A DNA stretch of 64,000 bases from an uncultured Rhodobacteraceae bacterium (GTDB lineage Bacteria > Pseudomonadota > Alphaproteobacteria > Rhodobacterales > Rhodobacteraceae). The stretch covers positions 1,169 to 65,168 of the forward strand of contig CALHAP010000068.1 of the NCBI GenBank assembly GCA_937931795.1, read 5' to 3'. The position numbers were made by a program, and so were the translations under genes. The notes beneath the pieces are model-generated. The model made no database searches, was not told the DNA's origin, and worked only from the letters and a program-made list of their open reading frames with translations. Position 1 is the stretch's first letter, and the number at the start of each line of letters is the position of its first letter. Below are positions 30,665-46,297 of this stretch, in pieces.

Positions 30665-31945
30665 TTATTCTCCCGGTACCATGTGGGCGGAGGCTGTGCC
30701 GCGCGCCATTATTTTTGCAGCCATAAAGGCCGATGCGCCGAACAAAACGGCTTGGATGAGAAAGACAGAACCAAAGGCCGTGGCATCGTTCAGCCCTAGC
30801 CGGAACAGATCGACCAATGCCGCACCACCGAGCGTGCCGAGGCCCGCCGCCATGGCTTGCGCCGCCCCCCAAAGCCCCATGCGCGTGCCTTCGCGCTGCT
30901 CGCGCCCCGAACTGGCCAGCGTCATCATCGACCCGATGGCCGCGACCGCGAACATGCCGTTGAAGAAGCCGAGCACCATGGTGGCGCCGATCAGACCCGA
31001 GGTCCACGCGGACGCCCCCAGCAGCGACACCACACAGAGCGACGCCGCCGAGCCGAGACAGCCCGCGATGACCCATGATCGTAGCGCACCGATCCGCAGC
31101 CATGACGCGCAGATACCAACGGTGAGCATGCCGATGAACATGCCGCCGTGCATTTGGCCCGACAGTGCCGTGCTCTCGCCCGCTGTCATGCCAAAGACCG
31201 TGCCCGCGTAGGGTTCTAGGATCGGGTCTTGCAGGAAAAATGCGGTCATGGACAGGAAGACGAACATCGTGAAATTGCGCGCCTTTGGTTCCGACCAGAC
31301 CTCGCGCAGCCCTTCACGGAAGGGGGTGGCATCGGGTTGACGCTCGGCCTTGACCCGGCGCTCGATGCCCCAGACGGCCAGCACCGTGACGACAAAGGCG
31401 ATGGTGACGACGATGGCAACGATTTTCAGCAGACGTGCATGTGAATAGGGGTCCAGCTGCCCGCCCACGATGCCCGCGGTCAGCGCGATGCCGAAGATCA
31501 TCATCAGCCAGACGATCATCGCGGCGGCCGGGCGTTTGTGTTTCTCGGTCGCCGTGGCGATCAACGCCAGCAGCGAGGTGCCCGATGCCCCCACGCCCAG
31601 CCCGATCAGGATGTAGGCGGCGAAGGATAGTGTCAGGCCCGCGAGATACGATGTCTCGAACATCACCACGCCGACTGCTGCACCAAATCCACCTAGGCCC
31701 AGCATCGCCATGCCCGCGATAATCCATGGTGTCCGCTGCCCGCCGGTGTCCGAGGCGTGGCCCCATTTGGGTCGCGACAATTGCACGCCGTAGTGCAATG
31801 CGATCAATCCGCCCGATAGAACTGCTGGCAATGCCAGCTCAACAATCATCAGACGGTTCAGCGTGCTGGTGGTCAGCACGACAATCGCGCCCAAGCACAT
31901 CTGGACGACTCCCAACCGTGCAATCTGCCCCCACGTTAGTGTCAT
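30665..31945 (-). CDS. PucC/LhaA-family (BCD) MFS protein, orf428/bch2-like
   Basis: Starts MTLTWGQIARLGVVQMCLGAIVVL with an ATGA overlap on the bchG stop, about 426 aa and 12 TM. The ORF-track extension to 32362 is out of frame across bchG. Confidence 0.8.
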   Translation of the reverse strand: MTLTWGQIARLGVVQMCLGAIVVLTTSTLNRLMIVELALPAVLSGGLIALHYGVQLSRPKWGHASDTGGQRTPWIIAGMAMLGLGGFGAAVGVVMFETSYLAGLTLSFAAYILIGLGVGASGTSLLALIATATEKHKRPAAAMIVWLMMIFGIALTAGIVGGQLDPYSHARLLKIVAIVVTIAFVVTVLAVWGIERRVKAERQPDATPFREGLREVWSEPKARNFTMFVFLSMTAFFLQDPILEPYAGTVFGMTAGESTALSGQMHGGMFIGMLTVGICASWLRIGALRSWVIAGCLGSAASLCVVSLLGASAWTSGLIGATMVLGFFNGMFAVAAIGSMMTLASSGREQREGTRMGLWGAAQAMAAGLGTLGGAALVDLFRLGLNDATAFGSVFLIQAVLFGASAFMAAKIMARGTASAHMVPGE

Positions 31946-32850
31946 GCGATCCCCCGCAATGCGAATGCGGCGATCATCATGCCGCTGATATAAAATAGAA
32001 TTCCCATGCCTTGGTACCACATCGCCTTGCCCATAGGGTTGCGCAGCAGCACGCGCATGGCGGCCAGTTGAATGGCCAAAAGGGCTATGATGAGCAGCGC
32101 ATGAGAGGTTTGATCCCATGCAATCAGTAGGGCCACGACGATCACCTGTGGCACCGCCATGACCCAGCAGGCCACGCGCGCAGCGCGGTCGGGTCCGAGT
32201 GTGACGGGTAGGGACGCGAGGCCCATGGCCCGGTCGCCTTCGACCGCTTTGAAATCGTTGAGTGTCATGATCCCGTGTGCGCCCAACCCGTAGAGGACGG
32301 CGATGATCAAAACTGCCCCGCTTGGCGCGCCACCTGCGAGGATGGCGGCCCCGGTGATCCACGGGAGTGTTTCATAGGCCAGCCCACACAGGCCCGGCCC
32401 CCAGATGCCAGATTTCTTGGCGCGCACAGGCTCGGCGGAGTAGGCCCAAGCGGCGGCGATGGCCAAACAGGTCGCCCCGAAACCCCATGTGCCCAGTGGG
32501 ACAGCCAGCACAAACGCGAGCGCTGTCATGGCGAGCGCGATCCACAGACCCCAGCGGCCCGGAATGCGACCCGATGGGATAGGGCGGTGCGGTTCGTTGA
32601 TGGCATCCACGTGCCGGTCGCACCAGTCATTGGCCGCTTGTGACATACCGCAGACTACTGGGCCTGCGAGGAGAACGCCCAACGCGATCAGTCCCCAGTG
32701 TCCCGACGGGGACACTCCCGACGATACCGCGCCACAGCCAAAGGCCCACATCGGTGGAAACCATGTGTGGGGTTTGATCAGCGTCAAGGCCGCGCGTGGC
32801 TCGGGCCAGCGGCGGGCGATTTGGGGGGAATGACTGGCTGCAACGCTCAT
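31942..32850 (-). CDS. bchG: Bacteriochlorophyll synthase
   Basis: 302 aa UbiA-type prenyltransferase: LIKPHTWFPPMWAF and the NDWCDRHVD Asp-rich motif. Confidence 0.9.
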   Translation of the reverse strand: MSVAASHSPQIARRWPEPRAALTLIKPHTWFPPMWAFGCGAVSSGVSPSGHWGLIALGVLLAGPVVCGMSQAANDWCDRHVDAINEPHRPIPSGRIPGRWGLWIALAMTALAFVLAVPLGTWGFGATCLAIAAAWAYSAEPVRAKKSGIWGPGLCGLAYETLPWITGAAILAGGAPSGAVLIIAVLYGLGAHGIMTLNDFKAVEGDRAMGLASLPVTLGPDRAARVACWVMAVPQVIVVALLIAWDQTSHALLIIALLAIQLAAMRVLLRNPMGKAMWYQGMGILFYISGMMIAAFALRGIA

Positions 32851-32852
32851 AG

Positions 32853-32870
32853 TGTCAGCTTAGAGTGACA
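32853..32870. promoter_or_regulatory. PpsR/CrtJ-type operator palindrome (TGT-N12-ACA)
   Basis: TGTCAgcttagagTGACA, perfect 5-bp arms, ending 2 nt from the bchG ATG (32850). Confidence 0.75.
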
Positions 32871-32887
32871 ACGCTAGAGTCGGCAAG

Positions 32888-32905
32888 TGTAAACTAGAGT
32901 AGACA
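32888..32905. promoter_or_regulatory. PpsR/CrtJ-type operator palindrome (TGT-N12-ACA)
   Basis: TGTaaactagagtagACA, 35 bp from the previous site, between the ppsR stop and the bchG start. Confidence 0.7.
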
Positions 32906-32918
32906 GATGCGGTGCGGC

Positions 32919-34337
32919 TTAATCGGCCTCATCCCGGTTGATCAGCCCGTATTTACGCAATTTCACGTAGAGCGATTGGCGCGACAGGCCCAGCATCTCG
33001 GCGGCGGCAACGCGGTTGTTCATTGTGAGTTCGACGGCGGTCTCGATGCACATGCGCTCGACAACCGTGGTGGTTTCGGCCACGATCTCTTTGAGAGACG
33101 CGCTGCCGACCAGTTCCATCACCGATTGCACGTTGTCGTCGGTCACGGGCGTGTTGACCGGGCGCACTTGTTCGATCCGGCTGGTGTCGCGGAAGATGAA
33201 GGAAAACGCTTGGGTGTCGCCCGCGGTGAGCGATGTGACCGAGATTTCGACGGGGCGGCTGCTGCCAAAGGGGCTGCATAATTTGGTGGGGAAGATGCGC
33301 ATTTTGCCGTTGCGACCAGCGTTTTCCAGCATCACCTTTAGATCGACCGATCCGCGCGACAGATAGTCCGACAGGTTCGTGCCTTTGATGCCCGTTTCTT
33401 GGGCGCTGTCGATCAGGTTGAGAAAGCTGTCGTTGACCGACAACAGGCGGCCCGCCGCGTCGGTGAAGGCGATGGCATCGGGGCCTTGGTCAAACAGGCC
33501 GCGCAGGTTTTGAATGCTGTCGATGTCGGCTGCGGGTTCTGCGCCCGGAAGTGCAAATCTGCACAGCATCAACCGCTCGCCCGCCGCGCGAAACAGCAAC
33601 GGGGTCACGTCGACAGTTGTTTTGCCGCGTCTGAGCGTCACCGAGGCCGGGCCGGGTCGTTCTGCGATCACATGCGCGGTCAGCATATCGACCGGATCAC
33701 TGCTGAGCCCGCCAAGTTCGGCTTTGAGGGCGCGTCCCGTCAGGTCGTCGCGCTCTGCGCCAAGCAGGTCTGCGGCGGCGCGGTTGGCATCGGTGATCTT
33801 GCCCGAGGTCAGGCTAACAAAGAGCATCGGCTCGGATGTTGCATCCATCATCACCCGCAGGCGGGTGTCGCTTTCGCGTTGCGCCTCGTAGTCACGTTCC
33901 AGCACCTGCTGGGCCTCGACCAATTGCTGCTGCATTTCTGCGACAGGGCGCAAATCGCGCCCAAGCATCAAAATCGCGCCATCCGGCCCAATCCGGTGGA
34001 ATGAATAGCGAATGGGGAAATCCCAAGCCCCCTGCGCGCCCACGTGATTGAGCTCGGTGCCCGCAGGTATAGGTTTGCGCGCCAAAAAGTCGCTGATCCG
34101 GGTGTCGAACTTTTCGATGCTCTCGGTCGTCAAAACGCCGCGGATGTTCTGGCCGCAGATTGATTTCAGCGCATCAAACCCGTCGCTTTCGGGATTGATC
34201 AACACTGACAAGACCTCACCTCGGTCCGAGATCACCAAAGACAGGTCGGCCACGGACGAGATGATATCGCCCAGAATTTCGGGTGCGATCAACGGGATTG
34301 CGCCGCTCGTCCAATATTGTGCGCCGCCAGATGTCAC
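32919..34337 (-). CDS. ppsR: Photosynthesis gene repressor PpsR/CrtJ
   Basis: PAS-domain repeats plus a C-terminal Fis-type HTH (NRVAAAEMLGLSRQSLYVKLRKYGL). GTG 34337 forms a GTGA overlap with the ppaA stop and gives about 472 aa. An alternative GTG is at 34394. Confidence 0.85.
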   Translation of the reverse strand: MTSGGAQYWTSGAIPLIAPEILGDIISSVADLSLVISDRGEVLSVLINPESDGFDALKSICGQNIRGVLTTESIEKFDTRISDFLARKPIPAGTELNHVGAQGAWDFPIRYSFHRIGPDGAILMLGRDLRPVAEMQQQLVEAQQVLERDYEAQRESDTRLRVMMDATSEPMLFVSLTSGKITDANRAAADLLGAERDDLTGRALKAELGGLSSDPVDMLTAHVIAERPGPASVTLRRGKTTVDVTPLLFRAAGERLMLCRFALPGAEPAADIDSIQNLRGLFDQGPDAIAFTDAAGRLLSVNDSFLNLIDSAQETGIKGTNLSDYLSRGSVDLKVMLENAGRNGKMRIFPTKLCSPFGSSRPVEISVTSLTAGDTQAFSFIFRDTSRIEQVRPVNTPVTDDNVQSVMELVGSASLKEIVAETTTVVERMCIETAVELTMNNRVAAAEMLGLSRQSLYVKLRKYGLINRDEAD

Positions 34338-35107
34338 GGAGTGTGATCCCTGTTCTGCGTTTTGGGATGGAGCGGATTTGTGTTGGTCTCGCACAGACGA
34401 ATCGCCTCGTGAATATTGTTCGTAATGTAGTCGGCCCCGAGGGTACGTTCCGCAGCACTTGGCGTGTCGCCCGTAAAGAACGGCCCACCCGCGATGAGAG
34501 TGACGTTATGTCGCGCCTCTCTAAGCGATTTAAACAGGCTGCGCAAACCGGCCCGATCTTCGCCAATGGCTGCAGAAACGATCACCGCATCATAGTCGCG
34601 CTGTTGTAGTTTATTGGCCAGTACGGCGCTGTCGGTGCCGATCGAGAGGGTGACGTCCAGCCCATGCCTGCGCAGCAGCCCCGCCAGAACCGTGGCGCCC
34701 AGCGTATGATCGGCCCCGTTGATTACCACACATAGGACTTGCGGTGCATGATGCGGCAATGGTGTAGGGCTTAGGCCCTGAAGCCGTCTCACTTGGGTCG
34801 TCAGCCTGCTGCACCCGATGGTTACGCGGTCAAACCCGATCACATCGGCCACCCATTCGTCCCCAAGTTGGCGGGCAACGGCGGGGATAATCTCCTCAGA
34901 AATCAGATGGGGGAGAATGCCATCAGCCAGATAACTGTCGATCAGCTTGCGTAGGGCTGCGGCATCGCGTGATTTGGCAGCAGCCGTCAGATCGCGCACA
35001 TAGGACGGATGGCCTGCAGGGGTGGCGGTCTGTTCGTAGCTGGCATCGGCACGTGACCTGCGACCCCAAGGGGCCCCTTCAGAATCGTCTGTGTGACGAT
35101 CGGTCAT
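34334..35107 (-). CDS. ppaA: PpaA/AerR cobalamin-binding antirepressor
   Basis: B12-binding-domain-like core (VLCVVINGADHTLGATVLAGLLRRHGLDV). Lies directly upstream of ppsR and divergent from bchF. ATG 35107 preceded by GGAGGA. Confidence 0.75.
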   Translation of the reverse strand: MTDRHTDDSEGAPWGRRSRADASYEQTATPAGHPSYVRDLTAAAKSRDAAALRKLIDSYLADGILPHLISEEIIPAVARQLGDEWVADVIGFDRVTIGCSRLTTQVRRLQGLSPTPLPHHAPQVLCVVINGADHTLGATVLAGLLRRHGLDVTLSIGTDSAVLANKLQQRDYDAVIVSAAIGEDRAGLRSLFKSLREARHNVTLIAGGPFFTGDTPSAAERTLGADYITNNIHEAIRLCETNTNPLHPKTQNRDHTP

Positions 35108-35189
35108 CTCTTTCCTCCAGCGCCTGCGACACATGGTGCGAACCAGTCATTCTTCAGGCGTTTATACCTTTCCGCATCGCGAGATGGAA

Positions 35190-35207
35190 TGTCAACTAAA
35201 ATAGACA
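35190..35207. promoter_or_regulatory. PpsR/CrtJ-type operator palindrome (TGT-N12-ACA)
   Basis: TGTcaactaaaatagACA in the AT-rich ppaA/bchF divergent gap, nearer ppaA. Confidence 0.7.
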
Positions 35208-35303
35208 CTTTTGGTTGATCTTCCCCGATCATCACCCATTTTCTCTAACGGCCCTTAAAAATAGGTGAGTGGGGTAGTTCGTTCTTGAATTTTGATCTGT
35301 ATG

Positions 35304-35321
35304 TGTAAGTAAAAGTTGACA
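35304..35321. promoter_or_regulatory. PpsR/CrtJ-type operator palindrome (TGT-N12-ACA)
   Basis: TGTaagtaaaagttgACA. The right arm is a TTGACA hexamer (35316-35321), followed 18 nt later by TATTCT, a candidate bchF promoter. Confidence 0.7.
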
Positions 35322-35375
35322 CTCCGAGGAAGACCTTCTTATTCTTGACACTAATCATCGTCAGGGGAAGTTGAC

Positions 35376-37177
<1,802 letters not shown>

Positions 37178-37268
37178 TGGTGCACCTAGGATTGCAGATG
37201 AGTTCGGCCTCAGTTTGCTGCGCAAACCGTTTACCCTCACGCGGCAGACCTCTGCGAGGTCGCCGGTC

Positions 37269-38778
37269 ATGAAATTAACGGTTTGGACATATGAAGGCCC
37301 GCCGCATGTCGGTGCGATGCGTGTCGCCACGGGCATGAAGGGTCTGCACTACGTCCTGCACGCGCCGCAAGGCGACACCTATGCGGACCTGCTGTTCACG
37401 ATGATCGAGCGTCGGGACCACCGCCCGCCTGTCACTTATACAACATTTCAGGCGCGTGATCTGGGGTCTGATACCGCCAATCTGTTCAAAACCGCATGTC
37501 AAGAAGCCGTTGATCGGTTCCAGCCGCAGGCGATCATAGTCGGCTCGTCTTGCACCGCAGAGTTGATCCAAGACGACCCCGGCGGCATGGCTGAAACGAT
37601 GGATTTCGACATCCCCGTCATCCCGCTCGAGCTGCCGTCTTATAGCCGCAAAGAGAACTTTGGTGCAGACGAGACCTTCTTTCAGATCGTTAAATCGCTG
37701 GCCAAACCGCAAGCGCGGACCGAGCGGGTCACTTGCAATATCCTCGGTGGCACGGCCCTCGGGTTTCGGCATCGCGATGATATCCAAGAGATCACAGCGC
37801 TGCTTTATGACCTTGGGATCGAGGTCAATGTCGCCGCCCCTCTGGACGCCACGCCCGCCGATATCGCCCGCATGCCCGCCGCGCATCTCAACGTGCTGCT
37901 CTACCCCGAGACGGGCGAGATGGCGGCGCGTTGGCTGGAAAAAAACCACGACCAACCCTTTACCAAGGTGATCCCACTGGGCGTCGGTGCCACCCGTGAT
38001 TTTATCGCTGAGGTGGGCCAGATCATTGGGCGCGAGCTACAGGCCGACGAGAGCCGTCTGCGCCTGCCATGGTGGTCTGCCAGCGTTGACAGCACCTACC
38101 TGACCGGCAAGCGCGTGTTCCTGTTCGGCGACGGCAGTCACGTGATGGCGATGGCGCGTGTGGCGCGCGACGAGATGGGGTTTGAGATCGCCGGCATGGG
38201 CTGTTTCAACCGCGAAATGGCGCGACCCATGCGGGCTATGGCCAAGGAATACGGTGTCGAGGCGCTGATCACCGATGACTACCTAGAGGTCGAGCAAACG
38301 ATTGAGGCGCTCTCGCCCGAGATGATCATGGGCACCCAGATGGAGCGGCACATCGGCAAGCGTTTGGGCATCCCTTGCGCTGTGATTTCCGCCCCCGTCC
38401 ACGTCCAGGATTTCCCCGCGCGCTACTCCCCCGTCATGGGGTTTGAGGGTGCGAATGTGCTGTTTGACACGCTGGTCCATCCGCTGGTCATGGGGCTGGA
38501 AGAGCACTTGCTAACCATGTTCCGCGATGATTTCGAATTCCACGATGCGGCAGGCCCCAGCCACCACGGCGGTCACTCCCCGCAGCCCGTCGAGGCCGAC
38601 CCTGCGCCTGCGCCCACGGGCACAGACGTCATGGTCTGGCTAGCGGATGCAGAAAAAGAGCTTAAGAAAGTCCCGTTCTTTGTGCGTGGCAAAGCCCGCC
38701 GCAACACCGAGACATATGCGACCGAACAGGGTCTCAGCCAGATCTCCATCGACGTGCTCTATGAGGCGAAGGCCCATT

Positions 38779-38789
<11 letters not shown>
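37269..38789 (+). CDS. bchB: Light-independent protochlorophyllide reductase subunit B
   Basis: Canonical N-terminus [23 protein letters not shown] at ATG 37269. The ORF-track start at 37215 adds a non-conserved extension. Confidence 0.9.
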
Positions 38790-43273
<4,484 letters not shown>

Positions 43274-43331
43274 TGCACCACGCGTACACACGATATGCAC
43301 TGGGCGTGCGCACGATTGTGAGGGCGGCGGG

Positions 43332-44021
43332 ATGACCGACTACCTCAGCACGCGCAATCGGGTCGAAGGGTATTTCGACAAATCCGCCACCAAAGTCTGG
43401 GAGCGGCTGACGTCTGACGCGCCTGTTTCCGGCGTGCGGGCGACGGTGCGCGCGGGGCGTGACAAGATGCGTGCGCTGATGCTGGACCAACTGCCGGGTG
43501 ATCTGACCGGCGCGCGTGTTTTGGACGCAGGGTGTGGGACGGGCACAGCCGCGATAGCGATGGCGCAGCGCGGCGCGCATGTCGTGGCCGTGGATATTGC
43601 CCCGCAGCTGATTGCGATTGCTGAGGAGCGGATGCCTGCGAACCTGCCCGGCACGATCCAGTGGGAGAGCGGCGATATGCTCGACCCGCTTTGGGGGCAG
43701 TTCGACCACATATTCGCGATGGATTCGATGATTTACTACGATGCCGGTGACATTGCCGATCTGCTGCGTCGCGCGGGACCGCGTTTGTCGGGTCGGATGG
43801 TGTTCACCCTGCCGCCCAAGACGCCGATGCTGATGGCGATGTATAGCGCGGGCAAGCTGTTTCCGCGTGCCGACCGTTCGCCGCAGATGGTGCCGCAGCG
43901 CGCGTCGAATGTGCGCAGCGCGATGGAGGCTGCGCATGTCGGCGGCGCTCTGACCGAAGTCGACCGTGTCTCGACGGGGTTCTACAAATCAACCGCATAT
44001 GTCTACGAGGCCCCCGCATGA
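43332..44021 (+). CDS. bchM: Mg-protoporphyrin IX methyltransferase
   Basis: About 229 aa starting MTDYLSTRNRVEGYFDKSA, with SAM motif VLDAGCGTG. Lies between bchL and lhaA. Confidence 0.9.
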   Translation: MTDYLSTRNRVEGYFDKSATKVWERLTSDAPVSGVRATVRAGRDKMRALMLDQLPGDLTGARVLDAGCGTGTAAIAMAQRGAHVVAVDIAPQLIAIAEERMPANLPGTIQWESGDMLDPLWGQFDHIFAMDSMIYYDAGDIADLLRRAGPRLSGRMVFTLPPKTPMLMAMYSAGKLFPRADRSPQMVPQRASNVRSAMEAAHVGGALTEVDRVSTGFYKSTAYVYEAPA

Positions 44022-45448
44022 TTTTTCGCGCCTCCTCTCTCAAGCGTCTTAGCACCAATATGCTGCCCTTTGCGGATGCCGCGAGTGTGGGTCTGCCGCT
44101 GGGCCAATTGCTGCGGTTGAGCCTGTTTCAGGTGTCGGTCGGCATGGCCTCGGTGATGCTGCTGGGGACGCTGAACCGCGTGATGATCGTCGAGCTGTCG
44201 CTGTCTGCGATGGTCGTGGCGCTGATGATTGCGATCCCCGTGCTCGTCGCCCCGTTTCGCGCCGTGCTGGGGTTCAAGTCTGACAACTACCGCTCGGCCA
44301 TTGGCTGGAAACGTATTCCCTATCTGTGGTTTGGCACGCTCTATCAGTTTGGCGGTCTCGCGATCATGCCGATGGCGCTGCTGGTGCTGTCTGGCGACCG
44401 CGCGATTGATGCCGACTGGCCGGGTCAGATTGGCGCGACGTTGGCCTTCCTGATGACCGGTCTGGGGATGCATATGACGCAGACCGCTGGTCTGGCGCTG
44501 GCTGCCGACCGCGCGGATGAAGAGACGCGGCCCAAGGTTGTGGCCCTGCTTTATGTGATGTTCTTGGTTGGTATGGCCTTGTCGGCCTTGGTGATCGGCA
44601 CCTTGCTGCGCGATTATTCGGCCTTGCGGTTGGTGCAGGTCGTCCAAGGGACGGCTGTTGTGACCATCGTGCTCAATATGATCGCGCTGTGGAAGCAAGA
44701 GCGCGTGAACCCGATGACAAAGGCAGAGCGTGACGCGCCCAAGCCGACATTCCGTGATGCATGGACCGATTTTGCGGGCGGCGGCGATGCGGGGCGTCTG
44801 ATCATGGTCGTGTTCTTGGGCACCATGGCGTTCAACATGCAGGACGTGTTGTTGGAACCCTACGGCGGTGAAATCCTAGGGCTGTCGGTCTCGGCCACCA
44901 CATTGCTGACGGCGATGTGGGCGGGCGGGGCGTTGGTGGCCTTTGGCCTCGCGGCGCGCTGGTTGGCACGCGGCGTGGACCCCTACCGGATGTGTGCACG
45001 TGGGATTTTGGCTGGAGTTGCGGCGTTTTGTGCGGTGATTTTCTCGGCCCCTATGGAATCGCCAATTTTGTTTTATGCGGGCGCTTGCCTGATTGGGTTT
45101 GGGGGCGGGTTGTTTGCCGTGGCCACCCTGACCGCCGCGATGACGCTGCCTGTGACGGGTGTGGCGGGACGCGGATTGGCCCTAGGCGCATGGGGGGCCG
45201 CGCAGGCCACCGGCGCTGGGCTGTCGATATTCATCGGGGGCACGATCCGTGACCTCGTGAACCATGCTGCCGGGAACGGCATGTTGGGGGAGGCGCTCGC
45301 CACGTCTGCCACAGGCTATTCGGTGGTTTATCACACCGAAATTGGTCTGCTCTTTATCACCCTTGTCGCTTTGGGCCCGCTTGTGCGGACGCGGGCGCTG
45401 ACACCGGACACTCGCGCGACGCTGCAGCTCGCCGAGTTTCCGACCTGA
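44018..45448 (+). CDS. lhaA: LH1 assembly factor, PucC-family MFS protein
   Basis: 476 aa, 12-TM BCD/PucC family (LFQVSVGMASVMLLGTLNRVMIVEL). ATGA overlap with bchM, directly upstream of puhA. Confidence 0.85.
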   Translation: MIFRASSLKRLSTNMLPFADAASVGLPLGQLLRLSLFQVSVGMASVMLLGTLNRVMIVELSLSAMVVALMIAIPVLVAPFRAVLGFKSDNYRSAIGWKRIPYLWFGTLYQFGGLAIMPMALLVLSGDRAIDADWPGQIGATLAFLMTGLGMHMTQTAGLALAADRADEETRPKVVALLYVMFLVGMALSALVIGTLLRDYSALRLVQVVQGTAVVTIVLNMIALWKQERVNPMTKAERDAPKPTFRDAWTDFAGGGDAGRLIMVVFLGTMAFNMQDVLLEPYGGEILGLSVSATTLLTAMWAGGALVAFGLAARWLARGVDPYRMCARGILAGVAAFCAVIFSAPMESPILFYAGACLIGFGGGLFAVATLTAAMTLPVTGVAGRGLALGAWGAAQATGAGLSIFIGGTIRDLVNHAAGNGMLGEALATSATGYSVVYHTEIGLLFITLVALGPLVRTRALTPDTRATLQLAEFPT

Positions 45449-45465
45449 CCTGAAGGAGAATAACC

Positions 45466-46236
45466 ATGGTTGGTGTAGAATTTTTTGGCAACGTTGATCT
45501 GGCGAGCGTGGCGATCTGGCTGTTCTGGATCTTTTTCGCGGGGCTGATCATTTATCTTCAGACCGAGAACCAGCGCGAAGGCTATCCGTTGGAAGATGAC
45601 GAAGGCGGCAGCGCCGGGTTCAGTCTGTTTCCCACCCCAAAGCCCAAGACCTTTAAGATGCCCCACGGTCGCGCCGATGTGGTGATGCCCAGTGCCGCCA
45701 ATGAAGAGGCCCACCGCCGTCACGATCTGGCCCTCGCCCGCACGTCCCATACCGCAGGTTCGCCCTATGAGCCGACCGGTGATCCGATGGTCGATGGTGT
45801 TGGTCCTGCCGCATGGGCGCCCCGTGCGGATGTCCCCGAATTGGATGGCCACGGCCATGTCAAGATCCAGCGTCTGTCCGCGTTGCCCGACTTTGCGATT
45901 TCAGCGGGCTATGATCCGCGTGGTTTGCCTGTGGGCAGTGCTGATAAGAAAAAGGCCGGCGTTGTGTCTGACATCTGGGTCGACGTGCCTGAGCAGATGA
46001 TCCGCTATCTGGAGGTCACATTGACCGATGGCGGCACCCGTTTGATCCCGATGACCATGTGTAAGGTCAAAAGCGATCATGTGAAGGTCCGCAGTCTGCA
46101 TCTGGAGCATTTTGCGGGCATCCCGCAGGCCAAAGCCTCTGGCGAGATCACCTTGCTGGAAGAAGAAAAAGTGACCGCGTGGTATGCTGGTGCGACGTTT
46201 TACGGCACGCCCGCCCGCAGCGACACTTTGTTCTAA
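45466..46236 (+). CDS. puhA: Photosynthetic reaction centre H subunit
   Basis: 256 aa with N-terminal TM DLASVAIWLFWIFFAGLIIYLQTENQREGYPLE and a PRC-barrel C-domain. GGAGAA upstream. Confidence 0.9.
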   Translation: MVGVEFFGNVDLASVAIWLFWIFFAGLIIYLQTENQREGYPLEDDEGGSAGFSLFPTPKPKTFKMPHGRADVVMPSAANEEAHRRHDLALARTSHTAGSPYEPTGDPMVDGVGPAAWAPRADVPELDGHGHVKIQRLSALPDFAISAGYDPRGLPVGSADKKKAGVVSDIWVDVPEQMIRYLEVTLTDGGTRLIPMTMCKVKSDHVKVRSLHLEHFAGIPQAKASGEITLLEEEKVTAWYAGATFYGTPARSDTLF

Positions 46237-46249
46237 ACATCACTGACAG

Positions 46250-46272
46250 CCCCCGGCTCAGCCAGCCGGGGG
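46250..46272 (+). other. GC-rich stem-loop after puhA
   Basis: CCCCCGGCT cagcc AGCCGGGGG, a perfect 9-bp stem, 14 nt after the puhA stop. No U-run follows. Confidence 0.5.
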
Positions 46273-46297
46273 TCATACGACAAGAGGGAACCTGACC

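Noticed and set aside
35344-35375. Additional TTGACA hexamers (35345-35350 and 35370-35375) before bchF as extra promoters
   Set aside because: No acceptable -10 hexamer follows at 16-18 nt, and the last one overlaps the ATG. They are probably chance occurrences, or half-sites related to the TGACA arm of PpsR operators.
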